Positions 10,806 through 21,430 of a stretch of DNA of 64,000 nt are shown here, in pieces. Position 1 is the first letter of the stretch. Each line of letters opens with the position of its first letter. A model generated the notes under the pieces. That model saw only the letters and a program-made list of their open reading frames with translations. It had not been told where the DNA came from and searched no databases. The stretch covers positions 576,001 through 640,000 of the forward strand of contig CM000207.1 of NCBI GenBank assembly GCA_000002445.1, in the 5' to 3' direction. The translations under genes were made by a program, and so were the position numbers. This stretch comes from Trypanosoma brucei (lineage: Eukaryota).

Positions 10806-13800
10806 TCATACGTAGCGCTCAGCAAACTTCAACAAGGGACCATCGAACTGCGCCCACTGGTAAAAGTCTGGTAATCCACCAACAACGGCACCAGGTTCAG
10901 TGAATGGCGTGGAAGATATGTTAGATGCTACCGAAGGGGATATTGTGCGGCACCGGCCATTAACTTCGCCTGCTTCCTGCCCTGACAAGTTCAATTTCGG
11001 CGTTGGTGTGCCCGCTTGCGCGTCAGTGTGTGCGCTCTCGCGGTACTGTCGGTAATATTTCGCCGCATCAATCAACAATTTGACACCCGATGGTTTTTCA
11101 TCCTGCGCGGCACGAAATGAGGAAACTCCCGCCGCAACAGCGTTACCCGATGGGGGCCCGCCTCCATTCACAGAGGCAGACGCACTGCCTTCCGTTCCCA
11201 AGCCAGAAGAGTCACCACCACCACCACCGTGCAGGGCAACCTTTTTGGCAAGTTGCCGCTCGTACTCCTCCACAGCATTCCATGACATAAGCTGCAGGGC
11301 TGCGGTAAGCAAAAACAATGGAGCGCAATAATACCCGCAAGGAGGAACACCGGTAGCACCTATATCCCTGCGGTGTCCAGGGTCAGGTACACCGTCCCTA
11401 AAGCACGGCATAAACCAAACATCAGCACGACATCGATTAGGGATGATACCAACAACTGGAATACGTGCGTAGAATGGTTGATCCGCAGATTGTAAAGTTG
11501 GACCGCAGTGGGAACCGAGGGAAGCAGTGTTGGTGGTTGAATCCACAAAGGAGAGCGATGGACTTGTATGTGTCGTCTCGTGAGCCACACCACTTGTAAT
11601 GGAGGCTTCACGGGCAGCCGCTGCATCCGCGCTGCTGCCATTCAAATCCACAGGCTTCTCGAAATTTGAGACGACGGCCGAACCCCCCGCAGCAATACCA
11701 CCAGCGGCTACGGAGGGTGATAAGGCTGGCGAAAGGGGTGCGGTGCAACCTGGAGACGCTGATTTCGGTGTCTGTGCTGTTGTTTGCTCTGCCACTGACA
11801 CTTCCCGCCGTGACGGGGCCCACATATCCCACCGTAAGGCTGCTCGGTCAGCACGAAAAACGGGACTCATCCAGCTCTTGTTCATGCATTCAAGAGCACT
11901 CGAAGACTGTGATAACGGCGCGATCTCATGACGTGGCGGCCGCGGTGCATAATAAACAATGAAACTGCCGCAATTGTGCTTGGCACAGTGGTTTTGATCG
12001 AACACAGGCCTCCAGAGCACAGCAATCCATGACTGGTAATCAAGTTCTGTGACGTTAGCAGTAAGAAGTACGGAATAGCGTGGATCCTGCGCGGCAAGAT
12101 CACGCACTTGCTCTAACACAAGGCTTCGTTGGTCAGGGCGTTCCGCGGCACCCCACGTGAGCCACCCCACACCGGAGCTATCATCCATCTCTTCTGATCC
12201 GTCACGTACCGTCGAAGCTGTTTCTACTGATCCCCTAGGTGTGGCACAATCCTTACCAGTTGCCGATTTTGTTATAGCAGGGTAGGTGCACGCAAGCGGG
12301 GGCTCATGGTCAGTATCCCCTTGGCCACTTTCCCCGGTGCAGACGCACGTCGGTGAAGTGCGGCCGCTAGCTGGCCGTCGTTGGAAGGCGTTACAGGAAT
12401 CGTCCCCCGATCTCGACTGCATAGCCTTCAGTTCCGCGTAGGTAGCGGACGATTCAAGAAAACGAAGCCGAAAACCACTAAGAAACGGACTATACACCAC
12501 GGTTTCCTGCGGAAATCGCATCGGCGTGAGGGGAACCGGTTGCGCTAGCCGAACCGCGCAGGCAAATGGCATGTCCAGCGACTCCCATATACAACGCAGA
12601 GGGATTAAGGGTTCAACAAACGTTGGAGGGTGACCTCCTCGAGATGGCGTGCGTTCCTCATTGCCGGGTGTTGCACTTTTTGGTGATGCAGTAGGCGACT
12701 CGACAAGGCGGGTGGCTAAAAGGATGGGAGAAACAGCACAGACAAATGAAACGATATTCCCGTAAACTTGCGGTTCAAATGGGATGTCGGCACCCCCCTC
12801 ATCAAAGAGATCCTCCAGTGCTCCATGTTGCTCATACATCGGAGGGTGGAGTGGCAAATGTCGGGCGTGGCCTGGTGCCCGCGCGTGACTCCACGGGCTT
12901 GCACTGCTTGGTGTCTGGGCTGTAGCCCTCCCGCCCCCATCCCCACATGTCAACCCCGACATTTGTGTGGGGCTTCCCTCTAACGGTTGCCGCCGGTGTT
13001 GAGAAGTAGGTGACTTCCACATGTAATTACCCGCAACACTCCTCACCGTTTCGTGGCCCCCTCCACCAGCAAGCAGGACGGGGCCCGACCGCTCACCACT
13101 CGCACATGATTCTGTGCAGGAGTAACCACCCTGATAAGCGATGCCCACTGCTATATTTGACCGATAGTGCTGCAAATCTTTAGGGGGTACGGGTTCCCAC
13201 TGCGATGCTCGGTGTGCTGTCGGAGACTTGTGTGAGCATCCTTGGTGATGCTTCGTCCCCAATGCTTCTGCTGCGGGAGGCCCACAAGTGGGAGACACAC
13301 CCGTCGGCGTATGTCCGAATAGGTTTGTTGGCTCCCCATACGGCTGCCTCTGATTGTGCAACATTTCCGTGTCGTGACCGTGATCACCAAGCATTGTTAG
13401 CGCTGGTGGTTTCAACTCTTGATTGCAAGAGATACATAGATTTCCCTCCCTTGCCTTCGGTTTCCCTTGATCGGTTTGACTTGTTTTTTGCCCAGCAGTA
13501 ACTTCGCACCCTGCGGCTCCCTGTTCATCTACCTTCCCAGGTAACTTGTTAGTTTTCTCCGTAGTGTTTATCTTGGTAGAGGCATACGACTCACCCTGTC
13601 CGCCGTTTTCACCCAGAGGGAACAAACCATCACTCTTATATTGACATGCATTTTGGTTACACCGTTTCCCAGCGTCGTTTGGGTGTAGGGGAAGTCCCCG
13701 GTGACCACCTTCGTCCAGCGAACAATGTTTTGTCCCCCCAAACGTCCTATTGTTTTCCCTGCTTCCGTCGTTGGAATTTTTACCATGACTATTTCTTCTT

Positions 13801-14942
13801 TCATTCAGATACCTAGAATCTCCAGGTGGGCCCGCAACACTTTTTTCTGTTTCCACACTTCGATCCAGAGCATCAGAACAATCCTCCTGACCAACCCCTG
13901 GTCCCCGCATGCTTCCCTCAACGAAAAAAGGAGGAGTTTCCCTAGAAGTGGAGCCGTCACCAGTATCACACCTCCTCCCGTCAACGTATGATGGAATGAT
14001 GCCCTTATTACCTCCACTCACCGCGGAGTCCGAGGGAAGCATCACACGCTCGTCGGTGCGTGGAGCTTCCCCGTAGAAGAACGTTGGAGGAGATGGATTT
14101 ATTGTGCCCCCAAAACACTGTTGGTGGTGACTATTGTGGTGAAAATTGTGATAGACCTGGTGTGGTTGATGATAACGATGTTGCTGCTGCTGCTGGTGCT
14201 CTCTATAGCGGTTCTGCTCATCCATCTGCTGACGAATTTGGTGGTATATGTAGGCGTCATCGTTGGTGGAAGGACCAGTTGCTATGGCAGTTGGGGCTGA
14301 TCGTGACAGGTAGCCGTAATGACGCGGGGTTGATCGCCACTGGTGGTTGTGACCATTGCCACTTGTACCTAACATGGCCGGCGCCAAAAGCGGTGGAACC
14401 AACCCTCCACAACCTGGTGGGGGCATACCAACAAATGGAGGAACCTGATGGAACGGACCCACCCGCTGCTGAGAAGGATTTTGCACACAATTTTCCATTG
14501 ACATATCCACAAACGAAGTTGCATCTGGAAGGGGAAGCGGTTGTGGCGGCTGCGGCACCGGGCGCGGACCTTCCCCAAATTGACCCCACCGATGTACCTG
14601 CTGACCAGATACCATTGAGGACTCAGCGGACCCCGGCGATGCGGCAACGCACGGGGCCCTTTGAGCAATTTTCATTAGCCATGGGCGCTGCGATTGCGAT
14701 GGTTGTTTCTGTTGCGGTTGATGTTTCTGAAAACTTGGTATGGGACCGCCTATAAGTGCCGGGGGTCCACTACGACACGTTGGTGCCTCCACGAAGACTC
14801 TCGAACAGTCTCCATTTCCCGCTGATGCGTCCATAACACACTGAAGGCCGTCCGCGCTACTACTACTAAGCTGACTCTTCGATGAAACATCACATGATAA
14901 CGGGGCAGTTACACCCTTCTCCACGTAAGTGTAGTTTAGCAT
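10806..14942 (-). CDS. Large hypothetical protein (1378 aa) with Q/H-rich low-complexity tracts
   Basis: An uninterrupted 4.1 kb minus-strand ORF. It contains HQQQQHRYHQPHQVYHNFHHNSHHQQ and a long S/T/P/G-rich linker. The C-terminal portion (GVGWLTWGAAERPDQRSLVLEQVRDLAAQDPRYSVLL...YYAPRPPRHE) looks globular. I could not confidently assign a family (a regulatory or RNA-binding role is speculative). Confidence 0.65.
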   Translation of the reverse strand: MLNYTYVEKGVTAPLSCDVSSKSQLSSSSADGLQCVMDASAGNGDCSRVFVEAPTCRSGPPALIGGPIPSFQKHQPQQKQPSQSQRPWLMKIAQRAPCVAASPGSAESSMVSGQQVHRWGQFGEGPRPVPQPPQPLPLPDATSFVDMSMENCVQNPSQQRVGPFHQVPPFVGMPPPGCGGLVPPLLAPAMLGTSGNGHNHQWRSTPRHYGYLSRSAPTAIATGPSTNDDAYIYHQIRQQMDEQNRYREHQQQQQHRYHQPHQVYHNFHHNSHHQQCFGGTINPSPPTFFYGEAPRTDERVMLPSDSAVSGGNKGIIPSYVDGRRCDTGDGSTSRETPPFFVEGSMRGPGVGQEDCSDALDRSVETEKSVAGPPGDSRYLNERRNSHGKNSNDGSRENNRTFGGTKHCSLDEGGHRGLPLHPNDAGKRCNQNACQYKSDGLFPLGENGGQGESYASTKINTTEKTNKLPGKVDEQGAAGCEVTAGQKTSQTDQGKPKAREGNLCISCNQELKPPALTMLGDHGHDTEMLHNQRQPYGEPTNLFGHTPTGVSPTCGPPAAEALGTKHHQGCSHKSPTAHRASQWEPVPPKDLQHYRSNIAVGIAYQGGYSCTESCASGERSGPVLLAGGGGHETVRSVAGNYMWKSPTSQHRRQPLEGSPTQMSGLTCGDGGGRATAQTPSSASPWSHARAPGHARHLPLHPPMYEQHGALEDLFDEGGADIPFEPQVYGNIVSFVCAVSPILLATRLVESPTASPKSATPGNEERTPSRGGHPPTFVEPLIPLRCIWESLDMPFACAVRLAQPVPLTPMRFPQETVVYSPFLSGFRLRFLESSATYAELKAMQSRSGDDSCNAFQRRPASGRTSPTCVCTGESGQGDTDHEPPLACTYPAITKSATGKDCATPRGSVETASTVRDGSEEMDDSSGVGWLTWGAAERPDQRSLVLEQVRDLAAQDPRYSVLLTANVTELDYQSWIAVLWRPVFDQNHCAKHNCGSFIVYYAPRPPRHEIAPLSQSSSALECMNKSWMSPVFRADRAALRWDMWAPSRREVSVAEQTTAQTPKSASPGCTAPLSPALSPSVAAGGIAAGGSAVVSNFEKPVDLNGSSADAAAAREASITSGVAHETTHTSPSLSFVDSTTNTASLGSHCGPTLQSADQPFYARIPVVGIIPNRCRADVWFMPCFRDGVPDPGHRRDIGATGVPPCGYYCAPLFLLTAALQLMSWNAVEEYERQLAKKVALHGGGGGDSSGLGTEGSASASVNGGGPPSGNAVAAGVSSFRAAQDEKPSGVKLLIDAAKYYRQYRESAHTDAQAGTPTPKLNLSGQEAGEVNGRCRTISPSVASNISSTPFTEPGAVVGGLPDFYQWAQFDGPLLKFAERYV

Positions 14943-15100
14943 GTGAACTCACTAGAGAGACATCAAAAGAATGTACAGCGTTATAGTGTTACAAAAAGGA
15001 GAAAAGAAGAAAAGAGAAGGGAAGAGAAACGAATCAGTGGCCGGAGCAAAGGAAGATCAAGTGCCGAGAAATAAAACGAATACAACGGTGTCCCTCGATG
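14943..15100 (-). promoter_or_regulatory. Polypyrimidine tract / candidate splice-acceptor region upstream of the 10806..14942 gene
   Basis: The plus strand is purine-rich (aaaaaggagaaaagaagaaaagagaagggaagagaaacg), so the minus strand carries a long pyrimidine run immediately 5-prime of the ORF. Confidence 0.4.
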
Positions 15101-15218
15101 CGAACTCGTTGTGTGGGCACCCACACAGCAGAGCAGAAAAAAAATGTGGTTATTTTCTCTTTCTTTTTTCAACCTATGTTACACACCGGGAGACATCAGG
15201 CTGTGGATATACATGCAC

Positions 15219-15219
<1 letters not shown>

Positions 15220-15250
<31 letters not shown>

Positions 15251-15270
15251 TTATATTTATTTATTTATTT
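15220..15270. repeat. Compound (TA)n(TTTATA)n(TTTA)n microsatellite
   Basis: Direct inspection. Confidence 0.9.
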
Positions 15271-16863
15271 ACGTAATAACGTACCTCTCTTTTCTCATTC
15301 CTAAACGGCCATTGGAGCTCCTCTGATCACCTCCAACTCCTCTTCACCTTCTTTTATTACCCCTACCCGAAGTGCTGCACGCACAGGCGTTTGAGAGTTT
15401 CCCCCATAATGACCCATAATGGAGTAATATACTCAGCATGGCACGATCTGACCTTACCACTTCTTATCAAAACTCCATTTGCTTCCTTCCCCTCCTTTAT
15501 CTCTTCTCTACTATCAGGAGGACGAAACAAACTCAATCCGCGCTTTCATCCTCTTCACACCAAACCTCTACACCCGTGTTCATCATTATTATCAATCCAC
15601 CTCATTAACCTTCCTTCTCTTCGCTCTGTTATTCAAATATATACACACCACAACTATCAGATCCGCACACATACACATACACACCTTCTTTTTTTTTCCT
15701 TCCTTCCTTCCTGTTATTCTCAACTTTACAGTCACATCGCTTTATTTTTGCCCACCTCTTCTTCCTTCCCACCACTTTCCCTGATTTATGTACCTCTTTC
15801 AGGTGCTTCTATCCATCAGAGGAATCTGAAATGTTTTTCCGGTGCATATCTTCTCTGGACTCGTAATATATTTTTGGTGGGCAAAAACATACGGAATGAA
15901 GGGGGAAAAAAAAAAGTACCAAGAAGGGGAAAGGGGGGGAAAAAGAAGTGAAAAAATCATTCAAATGATTTGCGTGTACATCCTCACCAGCCGCCAGGAG
16001 ATAAAAATCACAAGAGGTGCCTTTCAGCAACGGCGTGTTAGAGCACTTCAAAAAAAAAAAAAGAGGGAACATATGGAGTGGAGTGGAGTGGTGAACAACC
16101 TGAAGAGGTTGGCCAAAGAAAGAAATTTGAGAAAAAAAAAAAGAAGAAGCAAAAGGAATTCTCCACACAAAAAAAAAAAGAGGGGGGAGGTGATGGAGAA
16201 GAGGGGGGGAAAGAGTTTAAAAGAGGAAACCAAAGGTGTAAAACAACAAAGCGAAAAGACGGTAAACAAAAAAAGGAAGGAGGGAGAAAACGGACAAAGA
16301 GCAAGGAGTAACAAGAAAGAAAAGAACAAAATAGAGCAAACGTGAGCTAACCCCATTTTTTTTTGTCCTTTCACCACATAAAAGCAAACTCCAGATCAAA
16401 AAAAATTAAAAAACACGTATGTCTCTCTCTCCCTAGTTTCCCCTTGTTTTCCTCTCCTTTCCTTCCCTCTTTTGTTATTTCTATTTTTGGTCCCTCATAT
16501 TTAAAAAAAAAAACAGAGGATTCTTAACAAACCCATAGCGCATGTCTGCATTTGCCGTCGTTTGCCCGTGAGCAAACGTACACCAAGCACACGCATACAC
16601 ACACGCAAACATCTATTGTTGGCACTCTTCGTTCCGTTTTTTTGTTTTCCACCTTTCACTTCCCGATGTTATTATTGTTGCTTTTTGATTGCCCTCGTTT
16701 ACTGTTGTTTTTTTTTTGATATGGAGGTCTTCCTCATATATTCTAATGATATAATCGTAATAATGAATAAAAAGAAGGTCAGTTGAGCTAAAATCCCATT
16801 CACAAATCGTATGTGTGGTGGGCTGAAACGAGAGGGTGCAAGAAAAAAAAAGAAACGATCACA

Positions 16864-16888
16864 AACACACACACACACACACACACAC
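16864..16888. repeat. (CA)n microsatellite
   Basis: acacacacacacacacacacacaca. Confidence 0.9.
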
Positions 16889-17114
16889 GAGGAGAAAGGC
16901 ACGGGCTTGCACCGCACGTACATATGTAAATATATATAAGCAGAGAGCAACAGATAAAAAAATTGTGGCATATGAACACAAAAAGGGAAAGAAGAAACAT
17001 GAGCACATATTCGCTCGTATTAACTTCGCCTCCTCCCCCCTTACAAACATACACCCACTCGCGTGTCTCAATGCATAAGTAAGTAGCCGTAGAACCACTA
17101 GGGACAGTAGGAGC

Positions 17115-18758
17115 TTACTCTGCAGCGTACAATACATCCAACAATGCGGTCACCAATGTACGCGTCGAGCGGTCTGTGGATGACTCATCGACTAGAGGTA
17201 AAACAATAGCCTCCACCTGCCTCAACTTGTCGTAGTAAAACTGTCGCTCTCTAGTGGCTTTAAGCAATGCTGCTGCTGCCACCGCGGAGTCACCCTCGCT
17301 GCTGCTTTCCCCGCGGCTCCCTGAGCGTGACATTCCCGCTGACATGGAAGGTGTTGCCGCCGACACCGATTGCAGAAGCTTCCCTGACGCATTTTTCGAC
17401 ATCAGGGGTGATACTATCATCTCCACTGAAGCATGGGGGTCAACCGCACACCGTTCCCTCACATTTGAAGGATTCACCACACCGGAAAGGGAGTTTCTGC
17501 TCCTTACCGCGGTCCTCACAGGGGTAGTACCACCAGGCCGGCACGTGCGTTCGGAGATGTCGCCGCTACCACTAAGAACACCAGAACTGCTACCTGCATT
17601 ATTAGTCTTAGGCGGTATCATCGGTTGGTCACGGCCCCTGCGCACAATGTTGGGCCCCACAGCGCCTGACTTGGTTGTTGTAGCTTCTCCCATCGGAGTC
17701 ATATCCTTGTCATCGGTGGTGGATTCACTCGTCGATAACGGCGGTGTCTGCTTGTCCTCTACGGCTGCCGCTGCCTCGCCCGCAAACGCGGTACGGGGGC
17801 GAAACCCACTTCCCTCTTTCCCTGGTAGTGAGTGGCGGGGATTCGAGCGGCCGCGCATCGTGGGGGACTGTTGCGTAGCTCCACGTGGGCCGGTACTGTT
17901 CGTGTCCAGAAGCCGCCGCGCCCCGGCAGGGGTTGTGACCCTTGACCTATCCACAGGGGTGGACGTCCGTCTGGATATGGGAGACTTCTTTATACCATCC
18001 ACTGGTGCAGTGTGAAGTGTGGAAGTGCTCACAGCAGCAGGACCTTGAATGACGGGAGGCTCAGTGGATGGCGTTAACTTGCCCGAGCAACACACAGAAG
18101 TCGTTCGTGGAGATCCCCTCTTCAGCCCGGGGGCATCCCCGCGAGACGGTAACACTGCGCGGGAAGCTGCCGGTTTATCGTCGTTGGTGCCGACAGAGGT
18201 GCTATGCTGGCTCTGCTCAGAGATCAGTGACGCATCCTCTGAAGCATCGCAGTGGCGATACCTTGGTTGCCGCTGATATCCCGTCTCACCACTGTACTCC
18301 CCCCGACCGTTCTGCGGCATAAGCACATCACCAAGGCCACGGAACCACTGCAAGAGCTGCAGGTTGGCCTGGAATGCACCTTTTATAAGCTTATCCACAT
18401 CGTCCACAAGCACCTCAGGGGGCGGAATGCCGTTCTTCTGTAGAGCATCAGCCATGAGCTTCAGGTTCGACACTGCTTCAAAGTCATGTCTTGCGGGTAC
18501 CTTAGCTCTTGCTATAAGAGCTGGATGCACGAACGGAAGCATCTGCGGAAGCAACAGCACGTATGGCACACCATTGCCGCAGTGCTCCACTTTGCGCAAT
18601 CGAGGCACTTCATAGCCTGAGGCCGTCACGTGAGGCATAAGGTCATTAAGCCACGCAAGAAGCTCGGTACGCGTTCCACGTGATGGAACAATGTTCACCA
18701 GCCCATGGGTATTGCGATGGTCCATCGGTAACGATAATAACGGGGACGGTGGTAACAA
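17115..18758 (-). CDS. EB1: EB1-family microtubule plus-end binding protein (CH domain + EB1 C-terminal domain), with a long S/T/P-rich linker
   Basis: The N-terminus TRTELLAWLNDL...KVPARHDFEAVSNLKLMADALQKNGIPPPEVLVDDVDKLIKGAFQANLQLLQWF matches the EB1 calponin-homology domain pattern (LAW.N...KV.F.A..E.E...N.K.LQ..F......V.KL.KGKFQDN.EF.QWF). The C-terminus RERQFYYDKLRQVEAIVLPL...LLDVLYAAE matches the EB1 dimerisation/EEY-like tail. Confidence 0.85.
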   Translation of the reverse strand: MLPPSPLLSLPMDHRNTHGLVNIVPSRGTRTELLAWLNDLMPHVTASGYEVPRLRKVEHCGNGVPYVLLLPQMLPFVHPALIARAKVPARHDFEAVSNLKLMADALQKNGIPPPEVLVDDVDKLIKGAFQANLQLLQWFRGLGDVLMPQNGRGEYSGETGYQRQPRYRHCDASEDASLISEQSQHSTSVGTNDDKPAASRAVLPSRGDAPGLKRGSPRTTSVCCSGKLTPSTEPPVIQGPAAVSTSTLHTAPVDGIKKSPISRRTSTPVDRSRVTTPAGARRLLDTNSTGPRGATQQSPTMRGRSNPRHSLPGKEGSGFRPRTAFAGEAAAAVEDKQTPPLSTSESTTDDKDMTPMGEATTTKSGAVGPNIVRRGRDQPMIPPKTNNAGSSSGVLSGSGDISERTCRPGGTTPVRTAVRSRNSLSGVVNPSNVRERCAVDPHASVEMIVSPLMSKNASGKLLQSVSAATPSMSAGMSRSGSRGESSSEGDSAVAAAALLKATRERQFYYDKLRQVEAIVLPLVDESSTDRSTRTLVTALLDVLYAAE

Positions 18759-19638
18759 CGGTTGCAGTTCTTTGGTCTTACTGCCTACTTCACCAAACTA
18801 TATAAAACTTTATATTTCTCACAATCCTCTTTCTTTATTTTTGTATATGTAGCCCATGTAAAATAAAAACGGAAAGAGAGAGGCTGCAGATGCGAAACCC
18901 CACCGCCTACAACATTTCGTGTGGAGAGGTACGAAGATGTGACTGAAACACCCCTTGGTTAAGGACATACAATTTAAGGGCATTAAGGGAATTGCCCTCC
19001 GCCGTCAGACTCGCAACATGTTGCGTGAACATATCCAGCATATAAGAATATGCATATCCATTGTTGTCAGCGCTCCCGGTTGCGGCCCTCCCCATGGTAC
19101 CATCTCCCATCATTTTATGAAAATGGCACTCAAAACATTTAGTTACGCGGCATCAACAACAAGTGCACGTTCCCCGCCTTCTTCCCCCCTACCCCAACAT
19201 TACATTCCTCGAGTCACGTCGGAGTATGCGAGGACACAAAACGCTACTTTTCTAAATTCGACAGGCCGTATCACTCCATAGCCACACTGGACCAAATTTG
19301 CCCTCGCTCTTCACAGCGTACTGTGTGCAATGGCACGTGCCTAGAAAGAGCAATCACGAAAAACTGTGGTTGTAAAAAGACTCACGATGTCAATCACCAT
19401 TTCGGTTTAATTTCCCCACTCAGTCAGACAACTCGCTTATATATATATATATAACCAATATATCAGTGTCGGCCTTTCTAACGACCACCACCGTCCATTC
19501 CTTAACACACACACACACACCCTCACGCAAGGACGCGCTAGGAACAGAATGATAGGATGTAAACAAGTTTCCTTTGGTTGACCACGAGGTAACTACTCGA
19601 TGGACGAAACTACGCACGATGAATATTACCGGTAACAT

Positions 19639-20667
19639 CTAGCAGGGTGCCAATATACCGAGGCGCACAGTGGTACAATCCTCGGAGGGAACAAGCTCAC
19701 AGGGATGACGCCGGGCTACGTGTTTTAGCCAACGCTGCCGAGAGAGGAAGGTCGCCATGCAATCATCATACGGACATGTAAACGTAACGTTCTCTCCATA
19801 CGAGTGCAGACCAGCCTCCGCTGCCGAAATATTTAGCACTTCAGCCGAGTTAACATTCTGCTGGGCAGCAAAACTCTGAGCCACACCTGCACAGCGCCTT
19901 GAAACTATCAAGCGACTGCGCTTAGTTCTCTTGCGCAACGGGGACCCCTCGTCAGCGTCGCCACAAAGGTCAACAGAGAATACATCGTCATCGATACCAC
20001 AGTCGCCAAAAACATCATCGCGGAATGGACAATAGCACCTTAGATGCCGCTTCAACTGACGACGGTCGGCAAGTTCCTGTTCACAGTTTGGGCAAACGAA
20101 AAATGTATCAGCGGGACCAACGACAAACTCAGTGGGAGGAGGAGCACACGTGTTAACCCTAACTTGTGTGTTGTCTCGGTCGGACCAACTAAGTACACGA
20201 GGTGGGTTAGGCCTGGAAGAGCAGTGACGCTCATGCCTGGTCCGCTTCCCCTTACAGGAAAATCCAACGTTGCAAAAACGACAGTTTATTCCCTCATCAG
20301 AAGTGGTGGATGAAGCATTCGGTGCCCCTTCATTGCAATCTAAAGCTGCAGTTGACTGCCGAGGAGCGCTACCGGAAGATGCAGCCACCGGTGGCACTAC
20401 TACCTCAGGATGGAGGGTCCGAATATGTCTCTTCATGTTTGTGTTGGTTGTGAAGCCAACTAAGCACACATAGCACTTGTACGGCCTCTCCTTCGTATGA
20501 GTGAGGAGATGTCGGCGGAAATGCGTCCCACCGCTGCTGTCCGGGCTGCGCCTCGTGGTGTAACAGCAGTACGGACAGCGCATAATCAAGTTCCTGAGGC
20601 GCCGCCGCTTCCCAGAAACCGTCCGAGTGGGAACCTCCACTGCACCGCTGCAGCCTTCGTTATCCAT
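19639..20667 (-). CDS. C2H2 zinc-finger protein
   Basis: Tandem C2H2 fingers: CPYCCYTTRRSPDSSGGTHFRRHLLTHTKERPYKCYVCLVGFTTNTNMKRHIRTLH. Further Cys/His pairs (CRFCNVGFSCKGKRTRHERHC; CPNCEQELADRRQLKRHLRC) follow. Confidence 0.7.
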   Translation of the reverse strand: MDNEGCSGAVEVPTRTVSGKRRRLRNLIMRCPYCCYTTRRSPDSSGGTHFRRHLLTHTKERPYKCYVCLVGFTTNTNMKRHIRTLHPEVVVPPVAASSGSAPRQSTAALDCNEGAPNASSTTSDEGINCRFCNVGFSCKGKRTRHERHCSSRPNPPRVLSWSDRDNTQVRVNTCAPPPTEFVVGPADTFFVCPNCEQELADRRQLKRHLRCYCPFRDDVFGDCGIDDDVFSVDLCGDADEGSPLRKRTKRSRLIVSRRCAGVAQSFAAQQNVNSAEVLNISAAEAGLHSYGENVTFTCPYDDCMATFLSRQRWLKHVARRHPCELVPSEDCTTVRLGILAPC

Positions 20668-21430
20668 GTAGACTCCCAGCTAATTTCCACTTGACAGCCA
20701 GCTGGAAGGCAAAAAAGTGGGAGGGTACTCTGAGCAGAAGCAAAGATTTAAGGTGGACATTGAAGGATTAAAAAAAAAAAATACTTACTTACCCGCGCTG
20801 AAAGGTGTAACGGCAACGTCACAAATTGTAGTTAGACATCTGGTACAGATATACAAGAAATGTAAGACATGAAGATACACATCAAAGAAGAGAACTGGCA
20901 AAACAAGAGCGGTGTCAGACACATTTAAAGCAGCCCCAACATCATATGTCGTTTGGCTCTCAGTCTACCACTGCAGCCGATAATTACATAAAAGAGAGAT
21001 ATCTTAGGAAGGAACGTTTTATTTCGTCCCACACTATCGGGGGCTCATACCACACTGTCGCCACACCACCTCAATGGGAAACAGCGTCCAGCGCACAGCG
21101 ACACCAATTCAACACTGAGGTATTACGATATTCAAGAAAAATTCAAATAAAATATCCAGACAGTCAACATTATTTATGGTTTTTTAATGATGGAAGGGAG
21201 TGACCATCGTTAAGAAAAAAGATGACCGTCAATCCTACACACAAATAATTAAGTAATTGTACATCGAAGCAGACAGTCGCAAATCATACATCAAGTAAAA
21301 CTCTCGTTTTTTTTCTCTGCGACGATGTACTTCGACAAGATAAATATGTCCATCAAAACTTCCTTCATCCCATAACTCCCCTTAGAACAGGACTCGAACA
21401 TGTCCACATGCGTTTTTATCACTATTAAAC

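Noticed and set aside
14060-14755. 231 aa plus-strand ORF (and 17254..18015 and 32834..33673, +)
   Set aside because: Each is antisense to a much longer, motif-bearing minus-strand gene (the Q/H-rich protein, EB1 and HEATR1 respectively).
15391-16399. Several ORFs (K/E/R-rich 15842..16345+; F/L/S-rich 16048..16377-)
   Set aside because: They are translations of homopurine and homopyrimidine tracts, which is low-complexity non-coding sequence.
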